Positions 28,050 to 39,123 of a stretch of 39,825 bases of DNA are shown here, one piece after another. Below the pieces are notes generated by a model, which made no database searches, was not told the origin of the DNA, and saw only the letters and a list, made by a program, of their open reading frames with translations. The position numbers were made by a program, and so were the translations under genes. How positions within the stretch are numbered: the stretch's first letter is position 1; each line of letters begins with the position of its first letter. The DNA is from an uncultured Parvibaculum sp. (lineage in GTDB: Bacteria; Pseudomonadota; Alphaproteobacteria; Parvibaculales; Parvibaculaceae), in the NCBI GenBank assembly GCA_964560165.1, contig CAZLLB010000001.1:1-39825 (forward strand). Reading direction: 5' to 3'.

Positions 28050-30287
28050 GTGGCATTCCCCCCGACCGCTCTTCCGCTCGCCCGTGCGCTTACCGAGCGC
28101 GAATATAATGATCCAACGCCGGTGCAGACCGCCGTTATGGAGCCTGAAGCGGAAGAGCGCGATCTGCTCGTCTCTGCTCAGACAGGGTCCGGCAAGACGG
28201 TCGCCTATGGTATCGCCATGGGCTCGACCCTGCTCGGCGAGGCGGAGTTTCTGGGCCGGGCAGGCGATCCCGTCGCGCTTGTCATCGCGCCCACGCGCGA
28301 ACTGGCGCTTCAGGTCCACCGCGAATTGTCATGGCTTTACCAATATGCCAACGCCCGTGTCGTCTCCTGCGTCGGCGGCATGGACCCCAAAAGCGAAGCC
28401 CGCCAGTTGAACGAAGGCGCGCATATCGTCGTCGGCACACCGGGCCGCCTCCGCGATCATCTTGAGCGTGGCCGCCTGAAGGTCGCGAACCTCAAGGCTG
28501 TCGTCCTCGACGAAGCTGACGAGATGCTGGACCTCGGTTTCCGCGAGGATCTCGAATTCATTCTCGAAACGACACCGGCAGAGCGCCGTACGCTGCTTTT
28601 CTCGGCAACACTGCCCAAGGAAATCGTCGGCCTCGCCAAAAAATTCCAGCGTGATGCCTGGCGCATTCAGGCAAGCGGCAATGAGCGCGGCCATGCCGAT
28701 ATCGAATATCGAGCCATCCTAGTCGCTCCTCGCGAAGTCGAGCATGTCGTCGTCAATGTGCTGCGCTTTGTCGAAGCGTCCAGCGCCATCGTTTTCTGCA
28801 ACACGCGCGAATCCGTCCGCCATCTTCAATCAACCTTGTCCGAGCGCGGCTTTTCCGCCGTCTCACTTTCTGGCGAATTGAGCCAGGGCGAACGCAACCA
28901 CGCGCTGCAAGCTCTGCGCGATGGGCGCGCCCGAGTCTGCGTCGCGACTGACGTGGCGGCGCGCGGCATCGACCTGCCAAATCTCGGCCTCGTCATCCAT
29001 GCCGAATTGCCCCACGATCCGGAAGTTCTCCAGCATCGCAGCGGACGCACCGGCAGGGCGGGGCGCAAGGGCGTCAGCGTCCTCCTCGTCCCGCAGTCGC
29101 GCCGTCGCAAGGCCGACATTATCATCCGCCATGCGCGCATCGAGCCCGTCTGGGCCCCCGCGCCATCAGCCGATGAAATCCGCAAACTCGATCAGGAACG
29201 CCTTCTGCAAAGCCCGATCCTGACCGACGAGCGCACGGACGACGATCTGGAGATGGCGAAAGCCCTGCTGGCTGAACGCTCGGCAGAGGACATCGCCGCG
29301 GCGCTCGTGCGCATTTATCGCGCTGGTCTGCCTGCGCCTGAAGAGATCATGGACCCGGGCTCGTCTCGCGACAGCCGCGACACGAGAGAGCCGCGCAGTC
29401 GCCGCGAGCCGCGCGAACCCCGCGAGCGCGATAGCGCGCCGCGCCCGAAAAAGACCGGCCCGGCACTCGCGGGCGGCAGCGTCTGGTTCCGTCTGAATGT
29501 AGGCCGCGAGAAAAACGCTGATCCGCGTTGGCTCCTGCCGATGATCTGCCGTCAGGGCGGCATCACGAAACGCGAAATCGGCGCGATCCGCATTTTCGAA
29601 CATGAAACGCGCGTCGAAATCGCGGGCGAAGCGTCGGAAAGTTTCCTCGGCAATGTGCGCCAGATCCCCAAAGGTGAAGTGCGCATCGAGCCCATGAAAC
29701 CCGGTGCCGAACTGAGCGAGCCGACTTCCGCGCCTGCTGTCGAAGATGTCGATCGCGAGCCGAACCAGCGCCCGCGCAAAGACAAGTTCGACAAGAACAA
29801 GCAGAAGGCGAAAAGTAAATGGGAGCCGCGCGAACAGCAGTCGCGCTTCACGCCGGAACCCGACTTCCATCCCGGCAGCGGGGCGGACAAGGAAAGCACA
29901 TCGGCACCTCACAAGCCGAAGGAATGGGCAAAGCCTGCCCATGACGGCAAGAAAAAATATGAAGGCAAACCGAAATACGAAGGCAAAGCCAAATATGAGG
30001 GCAAGCCGAAGCATGAAGGCAAGCCGAAGTTCGAGAAGCGCGACGACAGCAGAAAGCCTGATGCACCGCGCGCCCTCGCAAAGCCCGATCGGGGCGACGC
30101 GCGCAATCCGTCCGAACGCCTGAGCTTTTCCGATCGCCCGAAACCGGCCGGCAAGCCCGAGTATAAAGGCAAGCCCAAACCGAAATATGCGGGCAAGCCC
30201 AGTGGTAAACCAAGTGGCAAACCAGCAGGCAAGATCGGCGGCAAGCCGAACTACAGCAAGCAGAAGCCGAACAAGCCTCGCGCTTGA
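28050..30287 (+). CDS. DEAD-box RNA helicase with DbpA-type RNA-binding domain and low-complexity basic tail
   Basis: Q motif PTPVQ, AQTGSGKT, PTRELA, TPGRL, DEAD, SAT, ARGID, HRSGRTGRAG. WFRLNVGR...IGAIRI marks the DbpA RBD. Confidence 0.95.
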   Translation: MAFPPTALPLARALTEREYNDPTPVQTAVMEPEAEERDLLVSAQTGSGKTVAYGIAMGSTLLGEAEFLGRAGDPVALVIAPTRELALQVHRELSWLYQYANARVVSCVGGMDPKSEARQLNEGAHIVVGTPGRLRDHLERGRLKVANLKAVVLDEADEMLDLGFREDLEFILETTPAERRTLLFSATLPKEIVGLAKKFQRDAWRIQASGNERGHADIEYRAILVAPREVEHVVVNVLRFVEASSAIVFCNTRESVRHLQSTLSERGFSAVSLSGELSQGERNHALQALRDGRARVCVATDVAARGIDLPNLGLVIHAELPHDPEVLQHRSGRTGRAGRKGVSVLLVPQSRRRKADIIIRHARIEPVWAPAPSADEIRKLDQERLLQSPILTDERTDDDLEMAKALLAERSAEDIAAALVRIYRAGLPAPEEIMDPGSSRDSRDTREPRSRREPREPRERDSAPRPKKTGPALAGGSVWFRLNVGREKNADPRWLLPMICRQGGITKREIGAIRIFEHETRVEIAGEASESFLGNVRQIPKGEVRIEPMKPGAELSEPTSAPAVEDVDREPNQRPRKDKFDKNKQKAKSKWEPREQQSRFTPEPDFHPGSGADKESTSAPHKPKEWAKPAHDGKKKYEGKPKYEGKAKYEGKPKHEGKPKFEKRDDSRKPDAPRALAKPDRGDARNPSERLSFSDRPKPAGKPEYKGKPKPKYAGKPSGKPSGKPAGKIGGKPNYSKQKPNKPRA
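29946..30035 (+). repeat. Five degenerate 18-nt coding tandem repeats (GKPKYE-type)
   Basis: GKKKYE GKPKYE GKAKYE GKPKHE GKPKFE. Confidence 0.85.
30192..30248 (+). repeat. Degenerate 12-nt coding tandem repeats (GKPS-type)
   Basis: GKPS GKPS GKPA GKIG GKP. Confidence 0.75.
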
Positions 30288-30343
30288 CCTGAACCGCGTC
30301 AAACCGGCTATGCTCCCGCTCGATCAAATTGCGGGAGGGAAAC

Positions 30344-31120
30344 ATGGACCTGCATCTGCGCGGTAAGCGTGCACTTGTCACGGGCGCATCCAAAGGCATC
30401 GGCGCTGCGGCAGCCGAGGCTCTGGCGGAGGAGGGGTGCCATCTCCACCTCGCCGCCCGCAGCGTGAAGGACCTCGAAGATCTTGCGGGGCATCTGCGCA
30501 AGGCTCATGCCGTCGAAGTTACGGTCCATCCGGTCGATCTGCGTCAATCCGCCGACATCGAACGTCTGACGACGGAAACATCCGGCATCGACATTCTCAT
30601 CAACAATGCGGGCGACATTCCCGGCGGCTCGCTCGACAAGATCGACGAAGCCACATGGCGTCATGCCTGGGATTTGAAAGTCTTCGGCTATATCAACCTG
30701 ACACGCCTCGTCTATGCGGCAATGAAAGCGCGCGGCCACGGTGTCATCATCAACGACATCGGAGCGGCAGGTGAGCGCTTCGACTTCAATTATATCGCAG
30801 GCAGCGCGGGCAATGCGGCGTTGATGGCCTTCACCCGCGCGCTTGGTGGTCGCAGCCTCGACGACAATATCCGCGTTGTCGGCATCAATCCCGGCCCGGT
30901 CGAAACGGGCCGCATCGTCTCGCTGATGAAACGCGCCGCGCTGGCACGCTTCAACGATGAGAACAAATATCTCGAGATGATGAAGAGCTTCCCGCTTGGC
31001 CGCCCCGCCAAGCCTCGCGAGATTGCCGATCTGATGGCCTTTCTGGCGTCAGATCGCGCAGGCTACACAAGCGGCGTCATCTACACAGTCGATGGCGGCA
31101 TTAGCGCCCGCAACGGATAA
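30344..31120 (+). CDS. Short-chain dehydrogenase/reductase, atypical active site
   Basis: TGASKGIG, INNAG, IRVVGINPG, VDGG. GGGAGGG RBS. Confidence 0.9.
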   Translation: MDLHLRGKRALVTGASKGIGAAAAEALAEEGCHLHLAARSVKDLEDLAGHLRKAHAVEVTVHPVDLRQSADIERLTTETSGIDILINNAGDIPGGSLDKIDEATWRHAWDLKVFGYINLTRLVYAAMKARGHGVIINDIGAAGERFDFNYIAGSAGNAALMAFTRALGGRSLDDNIRVVGINPGPVETGRIVSLMKRAALARFNDENKYLEMMKSFPLGRPAKPREIADLMAFLASDRAGYTSGVIYTVDGGISARNG

Positions 31121-31154
31121 TCGAAAACACCTATATAAAATCAGGGAGAAACTC

Positions 31155-31913
31155 ATGACCGATCTGGTGCTGCGCGAAGACCGCAATGGCCTGACAACAC
31201 TGACGCTGAACCGGCCCGAAAAGCTCAACTCGCTTAACGTCGAAGTCTTTGTCGAACTCGACGCCCATCTTGCCTCCATCGAGAAAGATCTTGATGGCGT
31301 CGGCCTCGTCATCCTGCGCGGCGCGGGCAAATGTTTTTCCGCCGGTCACGATCTCGGCGACATCGCTCACGGCGAGCGCCCGCCGCGTCCGAACTTTCAG
31401 GCCCACACCATTGAGCGTCTGGCGAACCTGCCGCAGCCAGTCATCTCCGCCGTGCATGGTCATTGCTACACAGGCGCGCTGGAACTGGCACTCGGCGGCG
31501 ACATCATCGTCGCGGCACAGTCCGCCAAATTCGCCGACACGCATGCCAAGTGGTCGCTGACGCCCGTATGGGGCATGAGCCAGCGGCTGCCGCGCCGCAT
31601 CGGCCTGCCCAAGGCGCGCGAAATGATGTTCACCTGCCGCACTTTTCCGGGTGAAGAAGCGCTGGCCATCGGCCTTGCCAATATCTGCGTCCCCGATGCC
31701 GAGTTCGACGCAACTCTCGCCTCGCTCGCTGAATCCATCCTCACCAATTCGTGGTTCAGCAATCGCGCCAACAAGAAGCTGCTGAAGGACACGGATGGCC
31801 TGCCGCTCAGCGCCGGTCTTTCGCATGAGATAGTTCACACCAAAGGCGTCGGCCCGGATATGCAGGAGCGCATCGCCGCCTTTTCCAACAAGACGGCGAA
31901 GAAGCAGGCTTAG
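31155..31913 (+). CDS. Enoyl-CoA hydratase/isomerase family protein
   Basis: LNRPEKLN, FSAGHDL, GALELAL, FADTHAKW. AGGGAG RBS. Confidence 0.9.
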   Translation: MTDLVLREDRNGLTTLTLNRPEKLNSLNVEVFVELDAHLASIEKDLDGVGLVILRGAGKCFSAGHDLGDIAHGERPPRPNFQAHTIERLANLPQPVISAVHGHCYTGALELALGGDIIVAAQSAKFADTHAKWSLTPVWGMSQRLPRRIGLPKAREMMFTCRTFPGEEALAIGLANICVPDAEFDATLASLAESILTNSWFSNRANKKLLKDTDGLPLSAGLSHEIVHTKGVGPDMQERIAAFSNKTAKKQA

Positions 31914-31916
31914 GCT

Positions 31917-32714
31917 CTACTTCTCGAAACCTTCGATGAAATCGACGATGCGGTCCAGCGTCGCGGAATCCTGCGCGATCAGCCGATGTCCGAGTTCATC
32001 CACGAGGATCAGCTTCGCGTCCGGCCATGCGCGTTTGAGCGTCTGCGAATTGGAGGCAGGGCAATCCTCGTCGTCGAGTGAGTGCACGAAGAGCGCCTTG
32101 GCCGTCATCTGCTCCGCCGCAGCTTCCATGTCGTAGGCGGGAGGCACATCCACCTGACGTGCGGCATAGAGCGCTTGCGCCCGCTCTATCACCTCGGGCG
32201 GTACACCCTTGCGCTCGGCGCGCTCCCAGCGCTGAGACATTTTCGGAATGGGCGTCGCGATCAGCGCCACGCGCTTCACAGCAAGCCCGTCCGTCATCGC
32301 CTGCATGCTGACTGGGCAGCCATAAGAATGTGCAACGATGCTGTCGATCGGCCCACAGGCCTCCGCCACTGCGCGCACCGCGGCTGAGGCGGCTTTGGGC
32401 GACGCATCCTCGGCAGGTGAAAACCCGTGCCCCGGCAAATCCATCGCAACGACCGCGCGCCCGTTATAGGCAAACTTGTCGGCAATCGCGCCCCACAGGC
32501 AATTGTCGTCTTCCCACCCATGCACCAGAAGCGTCGCCGTTCCCTTGCCGAGCCGCCATGCCATTACCTTGCCATAAGGCGTCTCGACCTCGATGTCGTC
32601 GGCATCGCGCAGCGCTTCCGCAATGCGCGGCCTCACGCGCCGCTTCGGCGTCATCATCGCGGCAAGCAGGGCCTCCGCCTCGGCGTCAAGATCGTCCGGC
32701 ATCGTATCGCTCAA
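31917..32714 (-). CDS. Alpha/beta hydrolase fold protein
   Basis: LLVHGWE, DLPGHG, AHSYG nucleophile elbow, HSLDD, LGH. Confidence 0.85.
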   Translation of the reverse strand: MSDTMPDDLDAEAEALLAAMMTPKRRVRPRIAEALRDADDIEVETPYGKVMAWRLGKGTATLLVHGWEDDNCLWGAIADKFAYNGRAVVAMDLPGHGFSPAEDASPKAASAAVRAVAEACGPIDSIVAHSYGCPVSMQAMTDGLAVKRVALIATPIPKMSQRWERAERKGVPPEVIERAQALYAARQVDVPPAYDMEAAAEQMTAKALFVHSLDDEDCPASNSQTLKRAWPDAKLILVDELGHRLIAQDSATLDRIVDFIEGFEK

Positions 32715-33241
32715 CTCTGTTCCTCCGCTTCCAGTTTCGTCCGTTTACGGAAAAAGAGATCGTGCATCTTCTCCTGGCCGATCACTTTGCTCAATTCGCT
32801 GATCCCGAAAAAGGGGATCAGCGCGATAAACGCCATGAAGCCCAGAGAGAGAATCACCTGCAGATTACTCATCTCCAGAATGTCGTTGCTCGCCTCGGCA
32901 TGGGGCCAGATCGCTTCAACGAGAACCTCTTCAAGCAGATTGAACCCGATCAACATGCACGAAAACAAGGCCGCCTTGATCAGAATGGGCCAGATCAGCG
33001 GCAACCGCTCAGCCCGCCGCCCCAGCCTCAAATGCTCGCCGATCACCACGAATTTCGCAAAAACCAGCGCCTTGAGCGTCGCTGCCCCAAGGTGCTCGAC
33101 CAGCCCCCAATCGGAAAGAACCACCGAATTGTGCAGCGTATAAACGCTCAGCAGCAGCCACAAATAGGCAAACACGGTCAAAAAATGGCTGAACCGCCCA
33201 ATCAACGTCGGGTGTTTGGCCGGCATCGTCTCACTGGTCAT
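32711..33241 (-). CDS. Hypothetical membrane protein (about four TM helices)
   Basis: Several hydrophobic stretches; stop overlaps the hydrolase start. Confidence 0.7.
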   Translation of the reverse strand: MTSETMPAKHPTLIGRFSHFLTVFAYLWLLLSVYTLHNSVVLSDWGLVEHLGAATLKALVFAKFVVIGEHLRLGRRAERLPLIWPILIKAALFSCMLIGFNLLEEVLVEAIWPHAEASNDILEMSNLQVILSLGFMAFIALIPFFGISELSKVIGQEKMHDLFFRKRTKLEAEEQS

Positions 33242-33407
33242 GCAGAGGGCCTCTGGCTTTCAATGGCACCGAGTCGCCATAAAACCACGCTTTAGCCCAA
33301 TCACACCAGATTTCCGCCCGAAATTGCGAGATTCGCGGGCCCCGCGCGCGGACGCATCGCAGCTCCCGCAAATCCGAAAATCCTGCTTTTTCCGATGAAA
33401 AAGGCGC

Positions 33408-33481
33408 TGGCTGGGGGACTAGGATTCGAACCTAGATAGGCAGAGTCAGAGTCTGCAGTCCTACCGTTAGACGATCCCCCA
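33408..33481 (-). tRNA. tRNA-Gln (CTG)
   Basis: Reverse complement TGGGGGATCGTCTAACGGTAGGACTGCAGACTCTGACTCTGCCTATCTAGGTTCGAATCCTAGTCCCCCAGCCA. Anticodon arm GCAGA-CT-CTG-AC-TCTGC, T-loop TTCGAAT, encoded CCA. Confidence 0.97.
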
Positions 33482-33546
33482 AGCGCTTCGCTGGTCATGT
33501 TGCTTCGTGGGGCGAACCCGCGCGAAGCAGCGCCTTGGACGCGCGG

Positions 33547-33575
33547 AACCTAGTCAGCCAGTGCGCCGCCGTCAA
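33547..33575 (-). promoter_or_regulatory. Sigma70 promoter of tRNA-Gln
   Basis: Minus strand TTGACG-N17-TAGGTT followed by a GC-rich discriminator (CCGCGC). Confidence 0.65.
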
Positions 33576-33715
33576 CCACATGCGTGCATGAAGGTCGCGC
33601 CCGCCTTTACCCTTCAACGCAACCTGTTAAGCTCTTCGCAACTGAAAAGATAAGGAGCCCGGTCGGAGGCGCTGCCCCTTTGGAGGGGTAGGCTGCTTCC
33701 CGGGTCTGGTCGAAC

Positions 33716-34978
33716 GTGCACCCAGAAGGTGACAGGGGCGCGGATGGGCCGTCGGAGCCCCCCGTGTCCGATGCCGGTCGGTTGGCGCATGGCCAGCCTG
33801 CCACCGCCGAAACCGGCCTTCCAGAGCCGGCGCCTCGCTTGGGGCGCCGCCGCCGCCGTGCGCGCGGCAAGGGCCGGGCTGGGGATAAGAACGCTCCCAT
33901 CCCCACAGGCGTCACCCAGCGGCATGAGGCGCAAGGCCCGGTCTATGGCGCGCTTGATCTCGGCACCAATAATTGCCGCCTCCTCATCGCCCGGCGCACC
34001 CGCGAGGGCTTCAAGGTTATTGACGCCTATTCGCGCATTGTCCGTCTCGGCGAGGGGCTTTCAGCGCGCGGCGCTCTCGGCGGCGACGCCATGGACCGCG
34101 CCGTCGATGCGCTGAAAATCTGTGCCGACAAGATGGTCCGGCGCGGCGTCACACGCTCTCGCCTTATTGCGACGGAAGCCTGCCGCGCCGCCGCCAATGG
34201 CGCGGATTTCATCGATCGCGTAAAGGCCGAAACCGGCCTTGCGCTCGAGATCGTGTCGAACGAGGACGAAGCGCGCCTTGCTGTGGCCGGTTGCGCGCCG
34301 CTTCTCGATAGTGCCTGCGCCTCGGCTCTCGTTTTCGACATAGGCGGTGGCTCGACGGAATTGATCTGGGTCAGCATGGGTGAGGCGGCTGGCGCGCGCA
34401 GGCCCAGACCTCGCATCGAAGACTGGATTTCGCTCTCCTGCGGCGTCGTCACTCTGGCCGAGCGTCATGGTGGCGTCGATGTCTCGGGTACTGCCTATGA
34501 GAGCATGGTCGCGGAGGTGAGCGCTCGCATCGTGCCTTTCATCGCCCGCCTGCGTCAGGCTGAACCAGCGGGCGGTGGCGGGTTCCATCTTCTCGGCACG
34601 TCCGGCACTGTCACCACCATCGCAGGCGTCCATCTCGGCCTGCCGCGCTATGATCGCAACCGCGTTGACGGCACGTGGATCACGCCCACCGATGTCGATC
34701 GCGTTACGCGCACGCTGCTCGCGATGAACTACGACGCGCGCGCCGCTCATCCTTGCGTTGGCCGCGAACGCGCCGACCTTGTGCTGGCTGGTTGTGCTAT
34801 CTTCGAGGCCATTGCTCGCGCCTGGCCAGCCGAGCGTCTCCGTGTCGCAGACCGGGGCTTGCGTGAGGGGATTCTCCTTTCGCTGATGGAGGCCGACAGC
34901 ACCCGCAATCGCCGCCGCCGTCGCAGACGCCGGAGCGCCAGAGCCGCAAGCGCCGCCGCGCAAGGAACAACCGAATGA
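33716..34978 (+). CDS. Ppx/GppA phosphatase family protein
   Basis: [46 protein letters not shown]. Start uncertain. Confidence 0.92.
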   Translation: MHPEGDRGADGPSEPPVSDAGRLAHGQPATAETGLPEPAPRLGRRRRRARGKGRAGDKNAPIPTGVTQRHEAQGPVYGALDLGTNNCRLLIARRTREGFKVIDAYSRIVRLGEGLSARGALGGDAMDRAVDALKICADKMVRRGVTRSRLIATEACRAAANGADFIDRVKAETGLALEIVSNEDEARLAVAGCAPLLDSACASALVFDIGGGSTELIWVSMGEAAGARRPRPRIEDWISLSCGVVTLAERHGGVDVSGTAYESMVAEVSARIVPFIARLRQAEPAGGGGFHLLGTSGTVTTIAGVHLGLPRYDRNRVDGTWITPTDVDRVTRTLLAMNYDARAAHPCVGRERADLVLAGCAIFEAIARAWPAERLRVADRGLREGILLSLMEADSTRNRRRRRRRRSARAASAAAQGTTE

Positions 34979-35703
34979 CGGACAAGAAAAAAACTTCAGG
35001 CCCGGGCGCAGGCGACCGCAAACTTCACGTGCGTGTGAAGACAGCGAAGAAGCGCACTCTGTCATCTGCGCGCTGGCTCGAGCGTCAGTTGAACGACCCT
35101 TATGTCGCCGCTGCGAAGAAGGATGGCTACCGCTCGCGCGCCGCCTACAAGATTCTGGAAATCGACGACAAGTTTCATTTTCTCAAGCCGGGTGCTCGCG
35201 TGGTCGATCTCGGTGCTGCGCCCGGCGGCTGGTGTCAGGTCGCGGTCGTGCGCACTCATGCGCTGGAGGGCAGGGGCGCAAAGCAGGGCCGCATCATCGG
35301 TGTTGATATGGGCAATATGGATGAGCTGCCCGGCGCCACAGTCATGAAGCTCGATTTTCTGGAAGAGGGCGCCGACACCCAGATCAAGCAGGTGCTGGGC
35401 GGCGAAGCCGATGTCGTCCTTTCGGATATGGCAGCCCATGCCACCGGCCACCGTCAGACGGATCATCTGAAGATCATGGCGCTTTGCGAGGCCGCCGCCG
35501 ATTTTGCCGTCGATGTGCTGAGCGAAGGTGGCACCTATTGCGCCAAGGTCTTGCGCGGCGGCACGGAGAACGAGCTTCTGCTGATGCTCAAGCAACACTT
35601 TCAGACCGTCCGCCATGTGAAGCCAAAAGCCAGCCGCGCCGATTCGTCGGAAATGTATGTGCTTGCTCAAGGGTTTCGGAAACGAAGCGAAGATTCTCAG
35701 TGA
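34975..35703 (+). CDS. rlmE: 23S rRNA Um2552 methyltransferase
   Basis: [46 protein letters not shown]. Confidence 0.95.
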   Translation: MTDKKKTSGPGAGDRKLHVRVKTAKKRTLSSARWLERQLNDPYVAAAKKDGYRSRAAYKILEIDDKFHFLKPGARVVDLGAAPGGWCQVAVVRTHALEGRGAKQGRIIGVDMGNMDELPGATVMKLDFLEEGADTQIKQVLGGEADVVLSDMAAHATGHRQTDHLKIMALCEAAADFAVDVLSEGGTYCAKVLRGGTENELLLMLKQHFQTVRHVKPKASRADSSEMYVLAQGFRKRSEDSQ

Positions 35704-35822
35704 GCTTTCGCATCCAGCATTGCGCGCACAAGGCAAGCAATCCGATGGCGGTAAAGCCTCTATATTTCAATCTTCCTTTGCATTCAGCGCCAAGGGTGTT
35801 AGAAGCCACCGCCAACACGTGA

Positions 35823-37319
<1,497 letters not shown>

Positions 37320-37345
37320 TTTAATTCAGTTAGTCAGGCGGCAAC

Positions 37346-38644
37346 ATGACCCCCGGTGCCCGCCTTCAAGCGGCGATCGACATTCTCTCCTCTATCGACA
37401 GCACCCGCCATCCTGCGGATCGCGTCTTCGATGGCTGGGCGCGCGGAAGCCGTTTTGCCGGATCGAAAGATCGCGCCGCTGTGGGGGAGCTTGTCTTCAC
37501 CGTACTCCGCCACAAGTCTGAACTGTCCGCCGCACTTGGTAGCCAAGAGCCGCGCCTGCTCGCCCTCGGGGCCATCTCGATGATCAATGCGGCAGGCCCC
37601 GCCGCCGCCATGGCACTGGCCGATGGCGCGCGCCACGCCCCCGCGCCGCTTGAGCCATCCGAGGCCGCAGCGCTTCTCGCCGCCACGCTCCCCGGCACTG
37701 ATGCTCCCGCCCATGTGCGCCTCAACTATCCCGAATGGTTGCACGGCGAATTCGTTGCGGCTTTCGGCCCGCGCCTCGAAACCGAAATGGCGGCGCTGAT
37801 GGAGCGCGCGCCCACCGATCTCCGCGTCAATGCACTGAAGGGCGACCGCGAGGCCGCACTTGCCGCGCTCTCGGAAGAAAAAGTCGATATCGAGCCGACG
37901 CCGCTCGCGCCGCTCGGCCTGCGGCTCAAAGCCCGCGCCAATATTCAGGGCCTCGCCTCCTTCCGCGAGGGGTTGATCGAGTTGCAGGATGAGGGCTCAC
38001 AACTTGCCTGCCTGCTTGTCGCCGCCAAGCCCGGCGAACAAATTGTCGATCTCTGCGCGGGCGGTGGGGGCAAGGCGCTGGCGCTCGCCGCCGCCATGGG
38101 CAATCGCGGCCAGATCCACGCTTGCGACACCGACCGCCGCCGCCTCGGCAAGTTGATGCCTCGCGCCCAGCGCGCAGGTGCGCGCAACATCCAGACCCGC
38201 TTCATCAAGCCCGATGTGCTTCCCGGCGGCCCCGACACCGATCTTGCCGATCTCGAAGCCCGCATGGATTGCGTGCTGGTCGATGCGCCTTGCAGCGGCA
38301 CGGGCGCATGGCGGCGCAACCCCGATGCGCGCTGGCGTCTGACGCCGGAATTGCTGGCAAGCTATCGTTCCACGCAAGCGGAGGTGCTGCACCGCGCCAG
38401 TCTCGCCGTGAAGCCGGGCGGACGCCTTGTCTATGTCACTTGTTCGCTGCTCCCTTGCGAAAACGAATTGCAGATAGATGGCTTCCTGAAAGCCCGATCC
38501 GACTTTACGCTGACCCCATGGGACGCCGCTTGGCCGGAAGGCGTCGAAACGCCGTCGGTGGCGAAGGGTGGGGCGCTCCGCCTGACGCCGGCCACCACGG
38601 GCACGGATGGCTTCTTCGCCGTCGTTCTCACGCGAGAGGGTTGA
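37346..38644 (+). CDS. RsmB/NOP-family RNA m5C methyltransferase
   Basis: MTPGARLQAAI, QDEGSQ, DLCAGGGGK, DAPCSGTG, YVTCS. Confidence 0.92.
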   Translation: MTPGARLQAAIDILSSIDSTRHPADRVFDGWARGSRFAGSKDRAAVGELVFTVLRHKSELSAALGSQEPRLLALGAISMINAAGPAAAMALADGARHAPAPLEPSEAAALLAATLPGTDAPAHVRLNYPEWLHGEFVAAFGPRLETEMAALMERAPTDLRVNALKGDREAALAALSEEKVDIEPTPLAPLGLRLKARANIQGLASFREGLIELQDEGSQLACLLVAAKPGEQIVDLCAGGGGKALALAAAMGNRGQIHACDTDRRRLGKLMPRAQRAGARNIQTRFIKPDVLPGGPDTDLADLEARMDCVLVDAPCSGTGAWRRNPDARWRLTPELLASYRSTQAEVLHRASLAVKPGGRLVYVTCSLLPCENELQIDGFLKARSDFTLTPWDAAWPEGVETPSVAKGGALRLTPATTGTDGFFAVVLTREG

Positions 38645-38654
38645 TGTGACAGGA

Positions 38655-39116
38655 ATGAGAAGCCGCAAACGGGTCGCTCTGCTCAGCATCATGCTTTTCT
38701 GCGCGCTGCCCGCTCCGGTCTTCGCGGCAAGCCCCGCCATGAGCCAGGCATCACAATCCTTGTTGAGCCGGGGTCTGGCGGCGCATGACGCCAAACGCGC
38801 CCAGCGTTTTCTGGAACAATCCATCGTCGCCGACCCCTCCAACGCTGCCGCCTTCGGCGCGCTGGGCAATCTCTATGAACGCGAAGGGCAAAGAGCCAAG
38901 GCTCGCAAATATTACGATCTCGCGCTGGGGGCCGATCCGGTGGACCTGACGGCATTGTCCGGCGCTGCGGCGCTTGATCTCGCCGAAGGCAAGAAGGCCG
39001 ACGCGCAGGACAAGCTGCGCAAGCTGAAGATCGTCTGTCCCGCCTGCAAGCAGACCCACGAACTTGAAAACGCATTGAAGACCGGCACTCCCGCCGCCAC
39101 CTCATCCAATCCGTAA
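38655..39116 (+). CDS. Exported TPR-repeat protein
   Basis: Signal peptide ([24 protein letters not shown]), TPR-like helices ([28 protein letters not shown]), C-terminal CPAC. Confidence 0.75.
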   Translation: MRSRKRVALLSIMLFCALPAPVFAASPAMSQASQSLLSRGLAAHDAKRAQRFLEQSIVADPSNAAAFGALGNLYEREGQRAKARKYYDLALGADPVDLTALSGAAALDLAEGKKADAQDKLRKLKIVCPACKQTHELENALKTGTPAATSSNP

Positions 39117-39123
39117 ACGGACC

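Noticed and set aside
29946-30248. Tandem repeats as a possible CRISPR array
   Set aside because: Units are multiples of three, in-frame coding, have no spacers, and no cas genes are present.
30284-30314. TTGAC-N9-GTCAA as an FNR/FixK box, or TTGACC...TATGCT as a promoter
   Set aside because: FNR boxes need a 4-nt spacer, and the promoter spacing would be 19 nt.
32711-33481. tRNA-Gln as a genomic-island integration site
   Set aside because: No integrase and no duplicated tRNA 3' end seen in the window.
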